A stretch of 64,000 nucleotides of DNA from NCBI GenBank assembly GCA_964016885.1, contig OZ024745.1, positions 32,054,001 to 32,118,000 on the forward strand. Reading direction: 5' to 3'. The notes beneath the pieces were generated by a model that was not told where the DNA came from, made no database searches, and saw only the letters and a program-made list of their open reading frames with translations. The translations under genes and the position numbers were made by a program. This document shows positions 12,705-24,500 of this stretch, piece after piece. Every line of letters begins with the position of its first letter. The stretch's first letter is position 1. The stretch comes from Eledone cirrhosa. Lineage: Eukaryota.

Positions 12705-13601
12705 TCATCATCATCATCATCAACGTTTAACGTCCGTGTTCCACGCTTGCATGGGTTTGGACGGGGGTTTTCCCACTTGAGGCAAGAGTGATTGTCTTGC
12801 TCACATAGGACTGTCTGGCGGGTTTTCTACAGCTGGATGCCCTTCCTAACACCAACCACATTTACAGTGTAGGGCTGGGAGGTTTTTACCGTGTTGCCTA
12901 CACGGCCACATTACAGCGTGGACTGTGTGTTTTTTGTCATGACACCTACACGATCTCATTTGTTTCGGCCTGGATGTTGTGGGTACCAACATAACTTTAC
13001 ATTGAAAGGGGTGGGGTGGGATGGGGGTGTATTTTGTTAGAGGTGCCTACTGACTGTAGTAGGTTTTACTTTGTATTTAGGTAAGGCGGGTCTTCTCTAT
13101 TACTGAGTACCGCCAAAGGTCTCGGTCCAGTGACATTGTTTTGGAGAGGTGTAAGTGTGTGAGGTCGGAATTTATCAGCTTGTCCCAGGTTTTTCTGGGT
13201 CTGCCTACTCCGTAGCTACCGTCTATCTTTATTGCCCTGCATTTTGTTATACAGCTGTCGTCTTTCATGCGCATCACGTGCCCATACCAACGTAGCCTTC
13301 TCTCGAGTAAACAACATCTGATCCCTCTTATTTCTAATTTTTTCCTTAGTTCGCTTATACTTTGCCGTTCACGTATGTTACTATTACACATCCAGCGGAG
13401 CATGCAAGCTTCGTTCCTCTCTAGTCTGCGTATATCCTCTGCACACAATGCCCATGTCTCACTGCCATGCAACATTGCTGTTCGTATGCAGGCATCATAC
13501 AACCTGCCTTTCATTTTTAGGGAGAACCCTTTAGTGGATAATAGTGGTATAAGCTCTCTGAACTTTTTCCATCCAGTTCTGACTTTAGCTACTGTACTTT
13601 C

Positions 13602-13604
<3 letters not shown>
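12705..13604 (-). mobile_element. RTE-clade LINE 3' fragment
   Basis: ORF 13077-13514 (MLHGSETW...[12 protein letters not shown]...GRPRKTW), 3'UTR and (GAT)n tail. Both ends lie in (TA)n. Confidence 0.92.
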
Positions 13605-13637
<33 letters not shown>

Positions 13638-13682
13638 TCTTTAATATATCTCATATAAAATAATACAGCCAATTATCCACAT

Positions 13683-13868
13683 AATTGTTTCTACTTTAGG
13701 CACAAGGCCAGCAATTATCCAGTTAATTACTGGTACTTTATTTTATCGACCCCGTAAGGATGAAAGGCAAAGTCAACCTCGGCGGGATTTGAACTCAGAT
13801 CGTAAAGGGATGTAACTATGCTGGAAAGCATGGCGTCCGGCCCTCTACCGATACTGCCAATCCACCGC
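13683..13868 (-). mobile_element. tRNA-derived SINE, near full length
   Basis: Minus strand has A-box TGGCAGTATCGG and B-box GAGTTCAAATCC. The body recurs at about 10473, 17418, 17632, 30989, 31321 and 51985. Confidence 0.8.
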
Positions 13869-14515
13869 ACATAATACAATATAGTTAGCACTCCAAACGT
13901 TTAATTGGGAATATACTCCGGTATTTCCTAATGTTTGTTGAGTGAGTTGGAAATTGGTCGGAGTATCGCTATTAGCTTTCTCCGTTTATGTAATTATATA
14001 TATAGTAATAAGAATATTTATATTTATATATGTTTGATACAACTAACTATAAATATGGAGGGTAGTACTAAGTACTAGCTGGTTACCGCTATGACAAAAG
14101 GCTCAATGCATTACACCTTACATAACAAATACCTACATTATCACCACATGCCTCTCTAACAAATTGCACACTATCTTAAACATTTATAACAATTATAACA
14201 TGCTTTAACACCCCACACAAAATATGTTTATTTCAACTGCATTATAACTCTTTCCTCATACATGCATTATTGACTGTATTGACTCCTGCATTGTACACCA
14301 ATTTTCCTTGCTTGTAAATTTTTTTTTTTCTCTGAATTTTTTTGGCTTGTGCTTTTTGCTTATGCATCTTACACTCTCAACCAGTGCTGCCTGTAATTGT
14401 GTTCTTTCAAGCAAAACATCTTTTTCACTCCTAACTCTCCAGATGATGCCTTTGACACTAAAAACAATTATGTACCCTAAATGTTCTAAATGACTAGGAT
14501 TTTAGTTACATGTTT

Positions 14516-14567
<52 letters not shown>

Positions 14568-14571
<4 letters not shown>

Positions 14572-14992
14572 GAGCGGAGCAAGCAATTGTCAAACAATCT
14601 TTTAAATAAATTAAAAAACGATTTAAATATTTACCTGTTCTATTGCTGTTACCGACGGTTTCACTAATCAAAAGATTGGAAATCCAGAGAATTTCCAATG
14701 GAAAGAATTAGATCTTCAGACAGCTATTTCCATACTATAAGGGTGCAAAACCTCATAGTAAGTCAATATTTCGCTTATTGCCCGACGCATGCGGTCAAGC
14801 CGTTGAAGTGACGCACACGCAAAATTAGGCCACAAGTAAAAACGGGTTATTATAAACTTGCTGATCATGCCGCTAAAAATAGCAGTGCGATACGTTTTGT
14901 TCTCTACATAAGGAGAAAAATTATAAAAGGGTATGGATATTCCAACATGCACTAGGTACCTACAGAAATATGCCTGTTGGAATATCCATACC

Positions 14993-15000
<8 letters not shown>
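14568..15000 (-). mobile_element. Short non-coding retroelement piece (PLE pseudo-LTR or retrozyme-like) between two (TA)n tracts
   Basis: Contains a hammerhead fold near its 3' end and a 26-bp inverted repeat at its other end. Flanked by (TA)n on both sides. Confidence 0.55.
14645..14724 (-). ncRNA. Type I hammerhead ribozyme
   Basis: Minus strand: GCTGT CTGAAGA T CTAAT..ATTGGAAAT(loop)ATTTCCAAT..ATTAG T GAA ACCGTCGGT A ACAGC. Stem I GCTGT/ACAGC, intact core, GUA cleavage triplet. Confidence 0.8.
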
Positions 15001-15037
<37 letters not shown>

Positions 15038-15872
15038 CCTACTTATTAGTGTATAATTGATGTCATTGACATTATTTTCGCCCAACTTAAGAAACCATCT
15101 TCCAAAGAGAATTTCCAGAAACCAATATTACACAAGAAAAGAAGAAAAAAATGCAAAAAGCGTCAGTTATCCTTTTATCATTGTCTACCAAATTAAGAAA
15201 ATTTTTGAATTAAAAATTGATTTCTCTATGATGTTGTGGCGTTCAGATCTTTTTCATAATCTTCACATTATCTGATAGTTTAGTAATTTAAATTTAATTT
15301 TTTTTAAATCGTTTTCTGGAATATGTGAGAGTGTGTATGTGTTCATATGTATATATATATACCACCACACTGTTGTTAGCTGTCAACTAACCGACTGGTC
15401 ACTAGATCATAAATCTCCTAACCTTTCACCCTCTCTCCCTGAAGCCACATCAACCCCATTAAGATAAGACAATCAGCAGGCTAAATATCTACCACACACA
15501 CATATGAAAACCTCCCTTCCCCATCCATCTTTAGCCCTTATGTCTCATCCTCGTATTTCTCACTTAATTTTTAATTTATTGTTTTTTCTTTTATCTGTCA
15601 TTTGTTACTACCTCCAATTCTCTACACGTATGTATCTAATATTGCTTTTCATGTTAGTACTACCTCCACCCCCACATCCTTATACAGATGCGTAGTCACC
15701 ACCACCACTATTATCAACTATCGTATTCTGTTCTTATATACTTCTTTTTTATTTCTTTTTTTTTTTACATCTGTAACTTCTTTACCTCTTTATCATTATA
15801 TTTTATTATTGATGTTATTGTTTTGATTCTACGCTGTATCTCTATATATACCATGCCATATGTGAGTTCTCT

Positions 15873-15985
15873 AGTATTCTGAGGATTTGATCAGAGGTAA
15901 ACACTGTATTTGAGGTCGAGTGATGCAACTTCGAGTGATTAGCGGCCTTTAGACTCACCTGATCAATGAAACAATTGTTAATACT
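15873..15985 (+). ncRNA. Type I hammerhead ribozyme with large stem II loop
   Basis: AGTATT CTGAGGA T TTGATCAG...CTGATCAA T GAA ACAATTGT T AATACT. Stem I 6 bp, stem II 8 bp, palindromic stem III, GUU triplet. Confidence 0.72.
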
Positions 15986-16034
15986 TGAAATAAAGCCCCT
16001 TGTTGTACAGCCGGCCAAGTTATTCTTCAATCTT

Positions 16035-17232
16035 TCATCATCATCATCATCGTTTAACGTCCATGTTCCACGCTTGCATGGGTTTGGACGGGGGTTTTCC
16101 CACTTGAGGCAAGAGTGGTTGTCTTGCTCACATAGGACTGTCTGGCGGGTTTTCTACAGCTGGATGCCCTTCCTAACACCAACCACATTTACAGTGTGGG
16201 GCTGGGAGGTTTTTACCGTGTTGCCTACACGGCCACATTACAGCGTGGACTGTCTGGCGTGTTTTCTACAGCTGGATGCCCTTCCTAACACCAACCACAT
16301 TTACAGTGTGGGACTGGGAGGTTTTTACCGTGTTGCCTACACGGCCACATTACAGCGTGGACTGTGTGTTTTTTGTCATGACACCTACACGGTCTCATTT
16401 GTTTCGGCCTGGATGTTGTGGGTACCAACATAACTTTGCATTGAAAGGGGCGGTGTGGATGGGGTGGGGGTGGTGTATTTTGTTAGAGATGCCTACTGAC
16501 TGTAGTAGGTTTTACTTTGTATTTAGTTAAGGCGGGTCTTCTCTGTTACTGAGTACCGCCAAAGGTCTCGGTCCAGTGACATTGTCTTGGAGAGGTGTAA
16601 GTGTGTGAGGTCGGAATTTATCAGCTCGTCCCATGTTTTTCTGGGTCTGCCTACTCCGTGGCTACCATCTATCTTTATTGCCCTGCACTTTGTTATACAA
16701 CTGTCGTCTTTCATGCGCATCACGTGACCATACCAACGTAGCCTTCTCTCGAATAAACAACATCTGATCCCTCTTATTTCTAATTTTTTCCTTAGTTCGT
16801 TTATGCTTTGCCGTTCACGTATATTACTATTACACATCCAGCGGAGCATGCAAGTTTCGTTCCTCTCTAGTCTGCGTATATCCTCTGCACACAATGCCCA
16901 GGTCTCACTGCCATGCAACATTGCTGTTCGTATGCAGGCATCATACAACCTGCCTTTCATTTTTAGGGAGAACCCTTTAGCGGCTAATAGTGGTATAAGC
17001 TCTCTGAACTTTTTCCATCCAGTTCTGACTCTAGCTACTGTACTTTCAGAGCACCCTCCCCCACTGCTGATTTTGTCACCCAGGTAACGGAAGCTGTCCA
17101 CTATTTCTATAGAACCCTCTGCGCAATTGAAAGAGCTAGTATTTTGTGGGCACTTGCTGCTACTTATTGCACCAGAGCACCGGCCACATGTAAAATCTGT
17201 GTTCTTGGTTAGCTTACCTGTGATCCCACTAC

Positions 17233-17233
<1 letters not shown>
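16035..17233 (-). mobile_element. RTE-clade LINE 3' fragment with open ORF end
   Basis: ORF 16523-17230 encodes a Cys-rich insert (FTCGRC), DSFRYLG and the RTE C-terminus. The 3'UTR has a 112-bp unit duplicated and a (GAT)n tail. 5' truncation at (TA)n. Confidence 0.92.
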
Positions 17234-17264
<31 letters not shown>

Positions 17265-17265
17265 C

Positions 17266-17398
17266 TAGGGCGGGTAAAATTCGCGAGATCCATGGACGAG
17301 TTCTCTCCAGCGGTCTCTGTCCCTCATTATCGCTGCCATGTCCTGTGTCTCCAATAGACCAGTGTCTGTCCTTAGGGCATCAACATACGTTAACCTTG
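17266..17398 (-). mobile_element. Tiny 3'-terminal fragment of a different RTE-like LINE
   Basis: Minus strand RLTYVDALRTDTGL...AAIMRDRDRWRELV...* is a typical LINE ORF end. Embedded in (TA)n on both sides. Confidence 0.6.
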
Positions 17399-17631
17399 AT
17401 ATATATATATATATATATAATTGTTTCTACTTTTGGCACAAGGCCAGCAATTACCCAGTGCATTACTGGTACTTTATTTTATCGACCCCATAAGGATGAA
17501 AGGCAAAGATATGTATCCAGTTCCACCACATGGAAGGAGAGTTTAGCACTGTACACATCTACGTTACAGTTAAGACACACACGTAGAATTGCTAAACATT
17601 TTGGTGCCAATATAAAGTCATACAAAGGGCA

Positions 17632-17838
17632 GTGAATTGATAGTATCGGTAGAGCATCGGACCCAAGGCTTTGCAATATAGAGTTACATCCTTTTACGTT
17701 CTGAGTTCAAATCCAGCCGAGGTTGCCTTCCATCCTTATTGGATCAATAAAATAAAGTCCCAGTAATGCAGTGGAGTCAATTTAAATGACTTCCCCTCCC
17801 CCAAAATTGTTGGACTTGTACCTAAATCAGAAACCATT
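17632..17838 (+). mobile_element. tRNA-derived SINE
   Basis: Same head (AGTATCGGTAGAGC...GAGTTCAAATCC) and body as the 13683 and 30989 copies. Confidence 0.7.
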
Positions 17839-18084
17839 ATAAAGTCATACAGACCAGATCGTTATAGAATAAGATCATCAGAATAATTCCTTTAAATTCT
17901 ATATGGAACAGATGGATGTTGAAAGAATTTTCACAAAAAGCCCAGAGATTGAAACAATAAATATAATTCTGGGCAACGTATGTACACCCTAACCCACCAC
18001 TACCACCACTGGGTGCAACCAGAAACATCATGAAAATGTTACTGTTGGCATGGTATGTACACCTAAAGTCCCCTTCAGCTTGTC

Positions 18085-19000
18085 CAAGAGGTAATCCCTA
18101 CATACAGAATGACAGTGTGACTATGAGCTCCCCTCTGACACTCATTCACGTTTACATGTCAAAAGGGAAAAACAGTTTTCCCTAACCACAACCACACCTA
18201 CACTAGGTATGTCAACAACATATCTGTTGTGACTGACACTGATGAACAGACAGATCTTGAGAATAATTACATCTTGACATTTACAATACATCATGGCACC
18301 AATGGAAACTAGGTCCCCAATACCACCCCTAGCTTAGAAATAAATGTAGGGATTAGGAATAACAAATACAGTGCTTCTGTATGGAACTTTGACTGTCTCT
18401 GTTAGAGATAAATGACAAAGTATCAGTGATGACTCACAAGAAAAGCTAGCTACCACCTTGTATTTTACTTCAACAACTACACTCAACATTCATTGAAGTT
18501 CAGTGTCCAAATTCCTCCATATTAACTTGGACCTATAGTACAGAAGTAATTACTGCATTCTTCGCCGTCACTTGTGTATCTGGCTTCTCCAGACATTATT
18601 CTGGTCAAAAAGGAGTGCACAAAATACATTGTATAGGCACTATATGTATATTGTTTATGTCTTGACACAAACATACAATTGTTCAATACAGTGTTATGTT
18701 AGACATTGTATATGTTAATCTATGTGAGATAGAGATTACCATCCTGAAATGCAGTTTCGTTCAGTCAGTTGACCATAAAAGCTAGCAGGTTTCAGAATTA
18801 AAATATTGAAAACACCATAATTAGAAATCCAGAGACCACCAGGATCTTGTGATCAGTGTCAAACCAGTATTATATAAAAAGGCCAAAGTCATACAACTTC
18901 TGCCTTGCAGAGAAACGCCACATCATCTGCCATCATACCTCAATGATTAAAAAAGAAAATAAGCTAACTTTGACTAGCCGACACATTCCAAATTTTTGTT
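18085..19000 (+). mobile_element. Highly decayed Penelope-like fragments (RT core and endonuclease tail)
   Basis: YIQNDSVTMSSPL and YTRYVNNI at about 18100-18225 resemble PLE RT motifs. NFCLAEKRHII at about 18895 resembles CNLCLNEKFTII of the 45100 element. Confidence 0.5.
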
Positions 19001-19454
19001 TGAGAATTTCAAAGAAGATACACTTATGCATGACACACTAAAATGATTTTAGTGTCATGTGTAGTCAACTAAAAAAAAACTGCATTTATTTATGGTTAAG
19101 AGATATACATTTATATATATATGTGTGCGTGTGTGTGTATGTAGCCCCCCCCCCCCTTCTTATTCTTATTCACATCTACCCAGTGATTGGTGTTCAGAAA
19201 AGCATTCAACCATAGAAACCAAACCAAAAATGGAGTGTATGAGCAAGTCTAACCTCCAAACATGACAAGTCATCTAACCCATGCAAGCATGGAAAAAAGA
19301 CATTAAACAATGACGAAGATGATGATGGTGATATATACATGCATAAATACAACAAATTCTTCTTCAAGGAAAAATGCAATAAATGCTATTGATTTTTCAG
19401 AAAAAAATATTAACACAGTTTTGTTTTGTTGTAACTTCTGTTTTAGTCACAAAT

Positions 19455-19868
19455 TTAATATGAAATACCAACACTATCTTCAAAATCAGTATATATTTCC
19501 GACTCTTCTACACCAAAATCAGTTTTATTTAACTCCTCAGAGGGATTTGAGACCAGTTTCTTGAAATTGGCATCTTTTAAAAGCAATTCATCAAAATAGT
19601 TTTTATCCTTATCTGAGCTAGTTCTTTCTCTATTGTGTACAGAAATATTTTCATCAAACATAGATGAATCCACAATTGTTGATGATGTTGTAGCTGTTGA
19701 AGTATTGCTTACAGCATTTCTTGTAGTTGAATTTTGCATTTGATTACTTTGCAGTCTATCTTCATCGAAGCGTTGTCTTTTCATTTCAAGAAGTTCTTTC
19801 TCAATGGACAGCCGCTGTTCTTCCACAGCAAGACGTCTCTCTTCTATTTGAAGTCGCTGTTTCTCAAT
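19455..19868 (-). CDS. Last coding exon of Myb/SANT-like DNA-binding protein (coiled coil IEKQRLQIEERRLAVEEQRLSIEKE)
   Basis: Acceptor tttgtag at 19869-19870, phase 0, 414 nt to TAA. Joins in frame to the donor at 26066. Confidence 0.85.
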   Translation of the reverse strand: MEKQRLQIEERRLAVEEQRLSIEKELLEMKRQRFDEDRLQSNQMQNSTTRNAVSNTSTATTSSTIVDSSMFDENISVHNRERTSSDKDKNYFDELLLKDANFKKLVSNPSEELNKTDFGVEESEIYTDFEDSVGISY

Positions 19869-20302
19869 CTACAAATGAATAATTGATTAAGATTAGAATT
19901 AACAATGATTTCTAATTTCTGGCACAAGGCCAGCAATTTTTTTGGTGGAAGTACTTGAAGGAGGAGAAGGAGAAGAAGAAATTGATAATATAAGCATCAA
20001 ACTTGAAAAATAAGTACTGAAGTTGATATGATTGACTAAATCCCTTCACGAGGGTGCCCCAGCATGGAAACTACTTATGGTTTGCTAAATCACATTAGCA
20101 AGAGAGAGCTGATTTATTTTGTTCATATCTACCATCTTGCCCAGTATCAATTTCAAAAACTCTAATCTGAGGACATTGGAGCAATGAACCGTCAAAGGAA
20201 AGACCTTAATGTGCAAAATATAGCACCAACTTTAACATTTAAAAAGTGAGTAATAGCCCTGAAATATCATGTTGAAATACACTGGGTAAAATATACATAT
20301 AT

Positions 20303-23300
20303 ATGCATACAAAGGATATGAAGACAAGCAAAACAGCCAGACCATCGGGAATAGTTGCCGAGATGCTGAAAGCATCTGGAATGGTTGGCCACACCATAAC
20401 CACCCATATTGTAAACCAAGTAATACAAAATGGTGCAATACTCAATGACTGGCATAACAGCAGCATCGTCAATTGCTACAAAGGCAATGTACTAAACAGA
20501 AGAAACTACCGAGGCATCAAATTGATAGACCAGGCCATGAAAGTTAGAGAAAGAGTTATTGTACAACTAATTAGAGGTCGAATTAATCTAGATGAGATGC
20601 AGTTCGGATCTGTACCATGTAAAAGTACCATGGATGCTCTCTACTTTGTGAGGCAACTGCAGGAGAAGTATCTGGCAAAAAGTAAACCCATTTACTTAAC
20701 ATTTGTTGACCTGGAGAAAGCTTTTGACATGGACCCCCATTCTGTAATCTGGTGGGCATTTAGGAAACTAGGGGTGGACAAGTGGCTTATGAAGGTAGTG
20801 CAGAGGTGCAGTCAGGAATTTTGAAATTAATAATGACTATAGTGAAGAGTTTAGTGAACCAAGGCTCCATCCTTAGCCCTCTCCTGTTTATTATCATCCT
20901 GTAGGCTATATCAGAGGAGTTTAAGACAGGCTGCCCATCAGAACTCCTGTATGCAGATGATCTAACACTTATAGCTGAATCTATGGCAGAATTAGAGAAC
21001 AAATTCTACATCTGGAAGCATAACCTAGAATCAAAGGTCAACCTGACAAAGACAAAGGTCCTAGTAAGTAGAAGAAAAAACAGAGCCCTGATCCCCCCGA
21101 GAAATGGCTCAGTGTGTAGGAAAGACATAGGTAGAAATTCCATCTTCTGTACCAAATGCAAACTATGGGTACACAAGAGATGTAGTGGGATCTCAGGCAG
21201 GTTAGCTAAGAATGTAGGTTTTATATGCGGCTATTGCACAAGAGCAGTAAATGGTCACAGGAAACAAACACTAACAAATTCTTGGAAGGGTCCATAGAAG
21301 CAGTAGACAGCTTCTGCTACCTGGGTAACCAAATCAACAGTGGAGGTGGGTGTTCTGAAAGTACAGTAGCTAGAGTGATGGGGAAATGTTCAGAGAGCTA
21401 CTACTGCTGCTAGCTACAAAAGGTTTTTTCCTTAAAATGAAGGACAGATTGTACGATGTGTGTATATGAACAGCAATGTTGTATGGTAATGAGGCCTGGG
21501 TGCTGTATGCAGAGGACCTACAAAGATTGGAAAGAAATGAAGCTTGCATGATTTGGTGGATGTGTAGTAGTAATATACATGAATGGCAAAGTGTAAATGA
21601 ACTGGGAAAGAAATTGGGCATAAGAGGAATCAGACAGCTGCATAAAGTTGATAGAAGCTATGAAGTAGGAAGACTCAGGAAGACTTGGAATGAGGTGATA
21701 AAAACTGACATCATACAATTACACCTTTAACAATATAGTAATACTTTTAGCAGTAAGTAATATCAACGAGAATATAATATTTGTTGTTTGTATGTTTCTA
21801 TTGTGTATAGTTGTATCAACAGAGGTCACCAATATAGCAGCAAGTAATAGTAACCAGTTTAGCTGTTAAATAATATTAACGACAGTATGTAGTTTGTTGT
21901 AACAGTAAAGGTATAATTTATTAACAAAAGTTAAGGTGAGAAGAGCTGGACTGAGCTGGCATGCCAAAACAAATGAAACAAACAAATTAAGGTTTCAGAA
22001 GGTACAGTCCACTGGCTGAGGTGTTAGCCAGGCCCGTGGTTACACTGTTGTGTTACATATTGGTTAATGGTTGTGGAACAAAAGCAAAATGGTTGTTTAC
22101 CTTACCATGGTCAAAGCCCAAAGAGAATTAGTTTATTAAAAGTCGCAGGAAAGTCTCGGTTGGGCGGAAGTTGAAAATACATATCTGTGCGCGGCTAACG
22201 ATTGGCCTAAATTAGCCAAATCACAGACAGTGTATCAATGCACCAAAGGAAAGTGGCTTGCTACAATACCCCCTGTTTAGACTGGAAGGGCGATAAATAA
22301 AAAAAGATTGAATTCGGATTGATCATCAACGAAAAAAAATGAACGAAAGAATGAATGCATGCAAGAAGAAAATTGTAAGCCGATGTGTCAAATGACTAGC
22401 TGTTTGCTATTTATAACTTGACCACCCGGGGTCTAATAAAAACGGATGAAGTCTGACATGGGCGAAAGATGTGTGAAGTGTTTTTAAAGTTGCTATTCTT
22501 GCATTAATTGTTAGTTTTTATGGTAATCGTTTTACCAGTAGTTGTTGTCAATGATGATGCTGTTCATAGTGTATAACCAGAGCTGTTAGCTGCTATGGTA
22601 ATTGTTTTACCAGAGCTGTGTATCTGTTGTGGTAGTCGTTGTATCAGAGCTGTGTATCTGTTGTGGTAGTCGTTGTACCAGAGCTGTGTATCTGTTGTGG
22701 TAGTCGTTGTACCAGTAGATGTGTAAAGAATTGAAAACTATTCGACAATGAGTCTGTGGGACCAGAGGGTGAGGTGAATCTGTCGCAGTATCACAGAGAA
22801 TGTGAGAGTCTGAAGTGGGTACAGGCAGGTATTTGAATTTGCCGGTTGCTAATTCCAGTGAAGAGAAATCCAACGACTCTAGGGTGGGCTGTTCTGCAGC
22901 CATAAAATGCAAGTCAATATTCGCAAGTGCTGGCAAGGAATTGATGGATCATTGGTGACGTAATTGTAGCTGTGATTCCGCTATTCGTAGGTGTGGTGGT
23001 TACAGCGGTATAACTCTAACGCTGCCACATCGTTGATGCTGTTGCGTCACTTGCTGCTGAAGGTGACGAAGTTGTCATTTTGAAACCATTTTTCCCGTGT
23101 GGTTTATGGTAGTGATTAACCAATGTTGTTGCTGCTGCTGCTGTTGATGTTGTTGATGTTAATAAAAGCCATTTTGAAAAAAAAAATTTTCGGGCTGTAA
23201 TTTTTTGAAATACAGCTAATTTTTTCTTTAAAGGAATGTTTTCTGCGGCGATTTATTGAAGGTAAACAACATGACGTCATGTTAGCATATAAAAAAAAAA

Positions 23301-24500
23301 CGTTTTTAAATTGTGTGTTGATACAATACAAGAAAGATTGCATGTTGTTTTTTGTTTTTTTAACATACTGCTACTTTTTCTTTTTAGAGAAATATTTCAT
23401 CCGGAAATTTTTGCATGGCGGGTCACCAGTGAAGTAGTTTATAAAATATTAATAATAGTTATATAGTTGTATGTTGTAGTTGTATATTGTGTATCAACAG
23501 AGGTCACCAATATAGCAGACATTTAATAGTAACCAGTTTAGCTGTTAAATAATATTATGCCATGTAATAATAATATCAACAATATGTAGTTTGTTGTAAC
23601 AGGAAAGGTATGGTTTGTTATATCAATACATGTAAGTTGAATTGAGGTTCGGCTGTAAGTCTCAGGTTCTGTTGCTGCAGTGATAACTCTGGGAAGAATT
23701 TTTCCATATCACATTTAAAGGTAATGGCTGTGGTAAATAGCATCACAAGACTTTAGCATGTTTTTACATAATTTATTAACAAAGGTTAAGGTGAGAAGAG
23801 CTGGCATGCCAAACAAATGAAACAAACTAATTATGAGTTTAATTAGGCACGGTCCACTGGCTGAGGTGTTAGCCAGGCCCATGGTTACATTGTTGTGTTA
23901 CATATTGGCTAGTGACTTCACGACGAAAGAAAAATGGTTGTTTACCTTACCACAGTTGAAGTACAAAGAGAATTAGTTTATTAAAAGTCGCGGTGAAAAT
24001 CTCGGTTTGGGCGTAAGTTGAAAATACATATCCGTGCGCGGCTAACGATTGGCCTAACTTAGCCAAATTACGCACGGACAGTGTATCAATGCACCAAAGG
24101 AAAGTAGCTTGCTACACACCTCTCAAAGGCAATGACACGGGATCAAGAATTTTGGCATCATGCAGTAATACAGAAGACTTGCCATTCTGTGGGCAAGGGT
24201 TGAAGTATATATCTAGTATGCACAACTTTCCCTACCTCCCCCACCCATGTCCTAACACTCCACTCAAGCCCTAACACCCCCACCCTTCACCAGATAAGTC
24301 CCCCAGGCCCCAGTCCACACTGTAAATGTGGTTGGCATTGGGAAGGGCATCCAGCTGTAGCAACCAAACCAAAATCAGCCCTGAATGAGCAAGACATGGT
24401 AATCTGATTTGGCTTGTCTCACAATGGGACAACTCGTCTAACCCATGCTAGCATGGAAAAATGGATGTTAAACAGTGATAATAATGATACTGATGATGAC
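20303..24500 (+). mobile_element. Decayed RTE LINE (RT region through 3' tail), split by the LTR insertion at 21727-24116
   Basis: NYRGIKL, QFG, FVDLEKAFD, LYADDL and GNEAW motifs with frameshifts. Translation stops at IIQLHL (21726) and resumes SKAMTRDQEFW after 24121. Tail at about 24440-24500. Confidence 0.88.
21727..24116 (-). mobile_element. Internally deleted non-autonomous Gypsy-type LTR element
   Basis: Diverged direct LTRs at about 21727-22265 and 23430-24116, starting TGTAG on the minus strand. PBS TGGTGACCC at 23428-23420, PPT adjacent to 22266, 5-bp TSD CACCT (21722-21726 and 24117-24121). The pol remnant 22715-22936 is similar to pol at about 38870-39075. Confidence 0.85.

Noticed and set aside
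13790-13868. tRNA gene candidates at SINE heads
   Set aside because: A/B boxes are present but there is no cloverleaf, and they continue into a repeated SINE body.
13890-13985. Stem-loop ATACTCCG/CGGAGTAT resembling a hammerhead stem II
   Set aside because: No intact CUGANGA or GAAA core flanks it.
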